Origin: Anaeramoeba ignava BMAN
Lineage: Eukaryota > Protista > Anaeramoebae
Assembly: GCA_028826165.1 (NCBI GenBank)
Contig: JAPDFW010000074.1
Location: forward strand, 186,001-250,000
DNA length: 64,000 nucleotides
Direction of reading: 5' to 3'
Part shown: positions 61,214 through 64,000 of the stretch, piece after piece
How the letters are laid out: each line of letters opens with the position of its first letter
Position numbering within the stretch: position 1 is the stretch's first letter
The notes under the pieces: model-generated
The model's database searches: none
Told to the model about the DNA's origin: nothing
The model's input: only the letters and a program-made list of their open reading frames with translations
Made by a program: the position numbers and the translations under genes

Positions 61214-64000
61214 TTAAATAATTAAACACCATTTAGACTTTTTTTTGGGAATTTCTAAAAGAGAAAAATTTATTGAATTATCCTTTTCATCAATCATTTC
61301 ATTAATTTCGTGAAATTCAATTTTTTTATTTCCTTCCAATTTAATTTTTTTTAATTGTCTCATATTAAGGAAAATTTTTTCATCAATATTTTTTAATTGA
61401 TTAAAACTTAAATCCAATTCAGTCAAAGTAGGAATTTTAGATAAATATTTTGGAATTTCCTTAATTTTGTTTGAGCAGAGATTCAACTAAAAATAAAAAT
61501 AAAAGGAATAAAAAAATGAGAACAAAACTGATTTTAAATCAGAAAAAATTTTTTTTGTTACAATTTTTAAAGAAGAACAATTTTCAATCAATTTGGGAAT
61601 TTTTTCAATTAAACAATTTTCCATTGATAATTTTTGTAATTTTTGCATATTTCCAATTGAATCAGGAATTTCCCGAATTTGATTTCTATGACAAATAAAT
61701 TCAATTAAATTGGGACATTTTTGACCGAAATCCAAAGGAAGTTCAGTTAATTTAGTACTTGAAAGATTGAGATATGTCAAATATTGTGAAGGGAAATGAA
61801 GCTTGAAATGAGACAACAAAGAGTTTTGCAAATGAATATTTTGGATGAAAGTTGACTTGTTTGAAATATCAAATTGAGTGATTTGCGTATTTGCAAAAGT
61901 GATATATTCCAAATAAGGAGGAATTTTGACTTTTTTAGAAGGATTTGATATGAAAAAATTTGAAGAAGAAATGAATGTTCTTAATTGAGGCAATCGATGA
62001 AGATCCAAAAAATCGAGTCTAAAATAGCTTGAACTTATGTCCAAATAAGTTAAATTGCGCATCTCATCAAAAAAAGAATCTGAGAAGAAAGTGGTTGATA
62101 AATCACTTGATTTCGCGCTTGATAATTCAAGTTTCTTTAATTGCGAGAGGTTGTGGAATTGCAACGGATCAAACGAGCAACCAGATAAATTAAGAGAAGT
62201 TAAATTTGGCATTTTTTCAAAAAGTGGATTAAAATTTGTTTGCGAAAAACTTGAATGAAGATATAATTCAGTGATATTTTCAAAAACATCCAGTTTGCTC
62301 CATTGCAATATTTGTTCTGAATCAAGATGAAATCTTTCCAGTGATAAAACCTGTAGATTTGTGAGATTTGCGATTTGGGGAAATAAGTTAAAAGTTGCAT
62401 AATCTCTTAATTTTGTTAATTTAAGTGAAGTTAAGTTTGTACATGATTTCAAAAACAAAAATTCATCGTGTTGAGAAATTAGTTGATCATCTTCCATCAC
62501 CAATTCCTTTATTGAGGATTCCTCGAGCAAATTGCAAGCGCAATCAAACCATATTTTAGGTGGTCTGTGCATATTTAAATATTGTAAATTCTTGCAATTT
62601 AGTAACGGTGATAAACAATCTTTTTCAATTGAGTTCATGCAACTTGATAAATAAATTTGTTTCAAAAAATTATTCTTTGAAATTTTTGTTAGTTCTTGTT
62701 TTGTTGGTTTTGAAACTTGTATTGTTCTCACAAGAAATGGATCCAATGCCAATCTTGCCCATTTTTTACAAACTAAAGCAATTGATTTTAAATTGTAATG
62801 TGGAATAAAACCGAATATGTATTGAATAATCTTTTTAAACAATCAAAAACAAAAAAAAAACAAAGATTGAAATATTATTATTAAATCCAAGTCAATTATA
62901 TTAATTATTAAATTATATTTATACTTCTTCTGGAAGTAATTCATTGATTAGTGAAGTTTCGTTATCAATAAAATCACTTATTGAATTTTCCATTTCTATA
63001 TTTTCATTTTCTATGCAATCTGCGTTTGAAATTTCTTTAAATTCGTAAATTGGATTTTGGATAATTTGTTTATTTAAATCAATATGATTTTTATTTAAAT
63101 TATTTTCCATTTCCATTTCCATTTCCATTTCAATTTCCATTTCAATTTGATTTTGATTTTTATTTTGATTTAAATTATTTTCCATTTCAATTTGATTTTC
63201 AATTTGATTTTGATTTTCATTTTCAATTTGATTTTGATTTTCATTTTGAATTTGAATTTGATTTAAATTATTTTCAATTTGGTTTTCATTTTGATTTTGA
63301 ATTTCATTTTCAATTTGATTTTCAATTTGATTTTGATTTTCATTTTCATTTTCATTTTCATTTTGATTTTCAATTTCAATTTGATTTAAATTATTTTCAA
63401 TTTGATTTTGATTTTGATTTTGATTTTGATTTTCAATTTCAATTTCAATTTCATTTTGATTTTGAATTTCAATTTGATTTTCAATTTGATTTTCAATTTG
63501 ATTTTGAATTTGATTTTCAATTTGATTTTGAATTTGATTTTGATTTTGATTTTCAATTTGATTTTGAATTTGATTTTCAATTTCAATTTGATTTAAATTA
63601 TTTTCAATTTGATTTTGATTTTGATTTTCAATTTGATTTTGATTTTCAATTTGATTTTCATTTTCAATTTGATTTTGAATTTGATTTTGATTTTCAATTT
63701 CAATTTGATTTTGAATTTGATTTTCAATTTGATTTTCAATTTCAATTTGATTTTGGTTTTCAATTTCATTTTGATTTTGATTTTCAATTTGATTTTCAAT
63801 TTGATTTTCAATTTGATTTTCAATTTCAATTTGATTTTGAATTTCATTTTCAATTTGAATTTGATTTTGATTTTGAATTTGATTTAAATTATTTTCAATT
63901 TGGTTTTCATTTTGATTTTGAATTTCATTTTCATTTTGATTTTCATTTTGATTTTCATTTTGATTTTGATTTTCAATTTCATTTTCATTTTCATTTTGAT
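61214..64000 (-). CDS. F-box/LRR protein with long Q/N/E/I low-complexity N-terminus and C-terminal CaaX ([10 protein letters not shown]); 5' end beyond window
   Basis: Exons >64000-62925, 62830-61562, 61486-61214; F-box [14 protein letters not shown]...ALVCKKW; LRRs [27 protein letters not shown]; reading frame open from 62925 to 64000. Confidence 0.85.

Noticed and set aside
1-64000. Alternative genetic code, rRNA/tRNA genes, transposase or reverse transcriptase genes
   Set aside because: Long conserved ORFs read cleanly in the standard code and end at TAA, TGA or TAG. No GC-rich structured RNA or TE protein motifs were recognised by eye; small ncRNAs cannot be excluded without a covariance-model search.

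Overview
Extremely AT-rich eukaryotic DNA, standard genetic code, GT-AG introns, very short intergenic spacers. The gene content (BTB-family expansions, a nuclear intein, bacterial-type OsmC) suggests an anaerobic amoeboid protist such as Anaeramoeba; this is inference. About 19 genes: RasGAP-PH, ankyrin-BTB, myotubularin, LRR, two inverted RCC1-BTB paralogs, two BTB-TLDc, tandem OsmC-like, DH-PH-FYVE RhoGEF, F-box-TMEM185-like, two Rabs, IQ-DH-PH-Kelch, ArfGAP, AUR1-type IPC synthase, MSH6 and F-box/LRR. The standout is a 372-aa intein (14122-15237) with intact splicing motifs and a decayed LAGLIDADG endonuclease. It resembles giant-virus PolB inteins and sits in the P-loop of a myotubularin whose catalytic Cys is itself lost. 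Other notable structure: introns inflated by intron-specific tandem repeats; a 10-copy array made from the fused 3' ends of two convergent genes with strong C>T/G>A decay; a 5.7-kb ~144-bp AT satellite; and a dense set of Cullin-ligase adaptors with apparently hypervariable recognition loops. Exon boundaries were read by eye. Most low-complexity ORFs in the track are intronic repeats, not proteins.
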